NCBI GenBank assembly: GCA_964625065.1
Contig: CAZUZL010000002.1
Span: 58,067 to 122,066, forward strand
Origin: an uncultured Candidatus Saccharibacteria bacterium
GTDB taxonomy: Bacteria; Patescibacteriota; Minisyncoccia; Phycocordibacterales; UBA9973
DNA: 64,000 nt
Direction: 5' to 3'
Part shown: piece by piece, positions 61,645 to 64,000 of the stretch
Layout of the letters: each line of letters opens with the position of its first letter
Numbering within the stretch: position 1 is the stretch's first letter
The notes under the pieces: model-generated
What the model was told of the DNA's origin: nothing
What the model saw: the letters and a program-made list of their open reading frames with translations, nothing else
Database searches by the model: none
Position numbers and translations under genes: made by a program

Positions 61645-62389
61645 ACAAAGGAGTCACCTCAAACCGGACAATTTGATTATTGAAAGAGCGAGGCCAAGTA
61701 AACGAAACATCTTTGAAACCATTCGGTTGAATCTCCTCGACATAGGTACTTGAAACTCCAATCGCATTATTATTTTTATCATACAAAATAACTACAGCAG
61801 TCACGTCCCGCATAGCACCAAGACTGATATTGCTGAGGCGCGCAGTAATTTTAGTTGATGAATCTGTCTCGGACAACTTTTCGTCGGCAACCATGACGAC
61901 ATTATCCCTAGTTTTTTCCTTTTGCCACACAATCTGATCAAGGATTTCAAAATTCATACGCGCAGGAGTAAGTTTCCCTGTGCTCACCGCATTTTGCATG
62001 ATTGGAATAATTTCCTTCGGTCGAAGGCGCGCCTTACCAAATCGCTCTCCAATAATGGCATTCTCGACGTCGTACAGCGTAAATTTGTAATTGAAGAATC
62101 CGCTGCCCGCATCCGAATTTTGATTTTCAACATAAGCAACTGCGTTGTACATACCAGGAGCAACCTGAAAATATCTCTGCCATCGCACATACGGATCTAT
62201 ACCCTGTCCCGCGCAAATAAGCGCACAAGATCCGCCACAATCAACGCCAGATTCCGACCCGTTCTTTTTACCATCCATACAAGTCGGAGCTTCGTAATTA
62301 AATACGATGTAGTACAAAACAGTCGGAATTGCAATCAGCAAAAACACCGCAAACACAATCGTATTTCGTCTTTCAGTTCCCCATGACAT
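61631..62389 (-). CDS. Membrane-anchored Cys-rich / Ig-like (FxLYD-type) protein
   Basis: CMDGKKNGSESGVDCGGSC, FTLYD, VILYD. Confidence 0.75.
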   Translation of the reverse strand: MSWGTERRNTIVFAVFLLIAIPTVLYYIVFNYEAPTCMDGKKNGSESGVDCGGSCALICAGQGIDPYVRWQRYFQVAPGMYNAVAYVENQNSDAGSGFFNYKFTLYDVENAIIGERFGKARLRPKEIIPIMQNAVSTGKLTPARMNFEILDQIVWQKEKTRDNVVMVADEKLSETDSSTKITARLSNISLGAMRDVTAVVILYDKNNNAIGVSSTYVEEIQPNGFKDVSFTWPRSFNNQIVRFEVTPLYESR

Positions 62390-62407
62390 AGTGATATTTT
62401 ACCATAT

Positions 62408-62563
62408 AAAAATCTGGTAAATATAGCATATTCATCAGCACAACATAATTTTCCTTACCAGGAAAATTTGTCTCGTTCTCGAACGACTTATAAATCTTAT
62501 ACTCAAAAGTATTTCAGTCGTTCTCCGAAAGGCTTCTGAATACGCTATATTTACCAGATTTTT
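62408..62563 (-). other. Long inverted-repeat element with internal branches
   Basis: 27-bp arms AAAAATCTGGTAAATATAGCATATTCA / TGAATACGCTATATTTACCAGATTTTT. Confidence 0.65.
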
Positions 62564-62605
62564 TAAGTTAAACATACCCACACAGAAAATTGAAAATCTC
62601 TCTAG

Positions 62606-62731
62606 AGAAAAACTCAAAAGACTTTAAATTTTAAAAGTCTGGTTGAGCATCAACACAAAAACTGCTCTTATTAAAGAGCGTCCGTGATGCGACCCGAGGA
62701 CTTTAATTTTTAAAGTCTTTTGAGTTTTTCT
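62606..62731. other. Long inverted-repeat element downstream of 5S
   Basis: 23-bp arms AGAAAAACTCAAAAGACTTTAAA / TTTAAAGTCTTTTGAGTTTTTCT with internal stems. Confidence 0.65.
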
Positions 62732-62740
62732 TAAATACTT

Positions 62741-62852
62741 AGTTCCGGCGACTAGTTACTTTCCCCACAAGGAGTATCATCACCACTACAGTGCTTAACT
62801 GCCGTATTCGGAATGAGAACGGGTGTGGCCACTGCGTCGAGTCACCAGAACT
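62741..62852 (-). rRNA. rrf: 5S rRNA
   Basis: CACACCCGTTCTCATTCCGAATACGGCAGTTAAGC, terminal helix TTCTGGTGAC/GTCGCCGGAA. Confidence 0.92.
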
Positions 62853-62982
62853 AAATATTCAATATTTAGCGAACCAAAGGTATTTGCAAACTGTATTTTT
62901 CCTAATAGTGTTGTAATTCACATATTACTGTGCGTGCTGCAACCAGAAATAGGTGCGACAACGCATGTGATATTCAGATTTC

Positions 62983-64000
62983 CTAATAGGAACTTGGGTA
63001 ATTAGTACACCTCAGCTAAATACATTACTGTACTTACACTTAGTGCCTATCAACGTGGTCATCTCCCACGGCCCTCAGACGATTATTAATCTTGAAGTCG
63101 GCTTCCTGCTTATATGCTTTCAGCGGTTATCCGTTCCCGACATAGCTACTCGACAATGCCCTTGGTAGGACAGCCGATAGACCAGAGGTCAGTTCACCCC
63201 GGTCCTCTCGTACTAGGGGCAACTCTTCTCAATAATCAACGCCTGCAGTAGATAGGAGACCAACCTGTCTCACGCATCTTTTACCCTTGTTACCAAGGGG
63301 ATTGGACTATATCTTGTACTTTTAACTTTCGTTAGTCAGCACATCAACGTGTAGTCTCTACGGGCATTGGATAAATCCAAATTCCCTCGGGATCGCCCTG
63401 CGAAATCGCGCGGACCGCAGTCTCGCTTTTTTCGCTTCGGGTTTTACCGATATTAGTTGATTCAATGTCACACAATTTCTCGTGTGCACCGCCGTGTGGT
63501 TTCTCTCTATCTTTGTTGACGAAAAGACATACATAATTTTTCTTCTACTTCTTTGTGTTGGTCCTTATATTTGATAACACTCTTCCCTCGAATATGATTC
63601 AGATTGATTCACACTCCAAGTGTATCTTCGATGGTTCTCTGATCGATTACTCTCTAAATAAATTTAGAGAGTGAACGGTCTGAACCCAGCTCGCGTATCT
63701 TTTTAATTGGCGAACAGCCAAACCCTTGGGACCTGCTCCAGCCCCAGGATAAGATGAGCCGACATCGAGGTGCCGAACACTGCCGTCGATATGGACTCTT
63801 AGGCAGTACCAGCCTGTTATCCCTAGAGTAACTTTTATCCGTTAATCTCAGGCCGCATCTAACGCGGACCTTCGGTTCACTATGTTCTGCTTTCGCACCT
63901 GTTTGACATGCACGTCTCACAGTCAAGCCAGCTTGTGCCATTACACTATCGGTACGGTTTCCATTCGCACCTAGCTGACCTTTGTAAACTCCTCCGTTAC
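62983..64000 (-). rRNA. rrl: 23S rRNA, 3' part (runs off the right edge), interrupted by an intron
   Basis: Sarcin-ricin loop AGTACGAGAGGACC, peptidyl transferase motifs GGATAACAGGCTG, CACCTCGATGTCGGCTC, GAGCTGGGTTCAGACCG. Confidence 0.97.
63275..63674 (-). mobile_element. Group I intron at 23S position 2593 (E. coli numbering), 400 nt, no intact ORF
   Basis: Exons GACCGT^CGTGAGACAG, terminal G, R element AGAGACTACACG (63348-59), S element AAGATATAGTCC (63304-15), IGS CACGGCGGT (63488-96). Confidence 0.9.

Noticed and set aside
62898-62989. 11-bp direct repeat TTTCCTAATAG in the 23S-5S spacer as a target-site duplication
   Set aside because: Short and AT-rich, overlaps the 23S 3' end, and may reflect processing stems.
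63497-63674. Intact homing endonuclease gene
   Set aside because: Too short, internal stop, and no LAGLIDADG, GIY-YIG or HNH motif.

Overview
Window from a Patescibacteria (CPR, Parcubacteria/OD1-like) bacterium using genetic code 11. The assignment rests on OD1-type 16S features and compact core genes. Most genes are on the minus strand: gltX, murG-ftsW-mraY-scpB-scpA, aspS, rplI, ctpA, rsmI, trhO, prfA, rpmE, rplY, a sugar-metabolism cluster (FAD oxidoreductase, fba, pfkB kinase, split transketolase), dnaE, secA, nrdJ, secDF, glycosyltransferases, two pilins and rodA. RNA genes are tRNA-Ile(GAT), rnpB, a 16S rRNA unlinked from the 23S-5S pair, and a 23S carrying a group I intron at L2593. 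Single accessory ORFans are interspersed. The most notable signals are: (1) two REP-associated HUH/Y1 transposases (RAYT-like), each with its own hairpin family placed over its promoter, its stop codon and, in one case, inside its coding sequence with compensatory base changes; (2) hairpin-type insertions into the dnaE start codon, a duplicated tRNA anticodon loop, 16S helix 40 and terminators; (3) a 16S lacking the anti-Shine-Dalgarno sequence together with pervasive leaderless gene architecture; (4) an orphan DGR-target-like gene; (5) a protein with a Bacteroidota T9SS-type C-terminal domain; (6) a candidate ~85-nt sRNA; and (7) an abrupt codon-usage break near 54.3 kb that may be an assembly chimera. 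All calls were made by eye, with no database searches.
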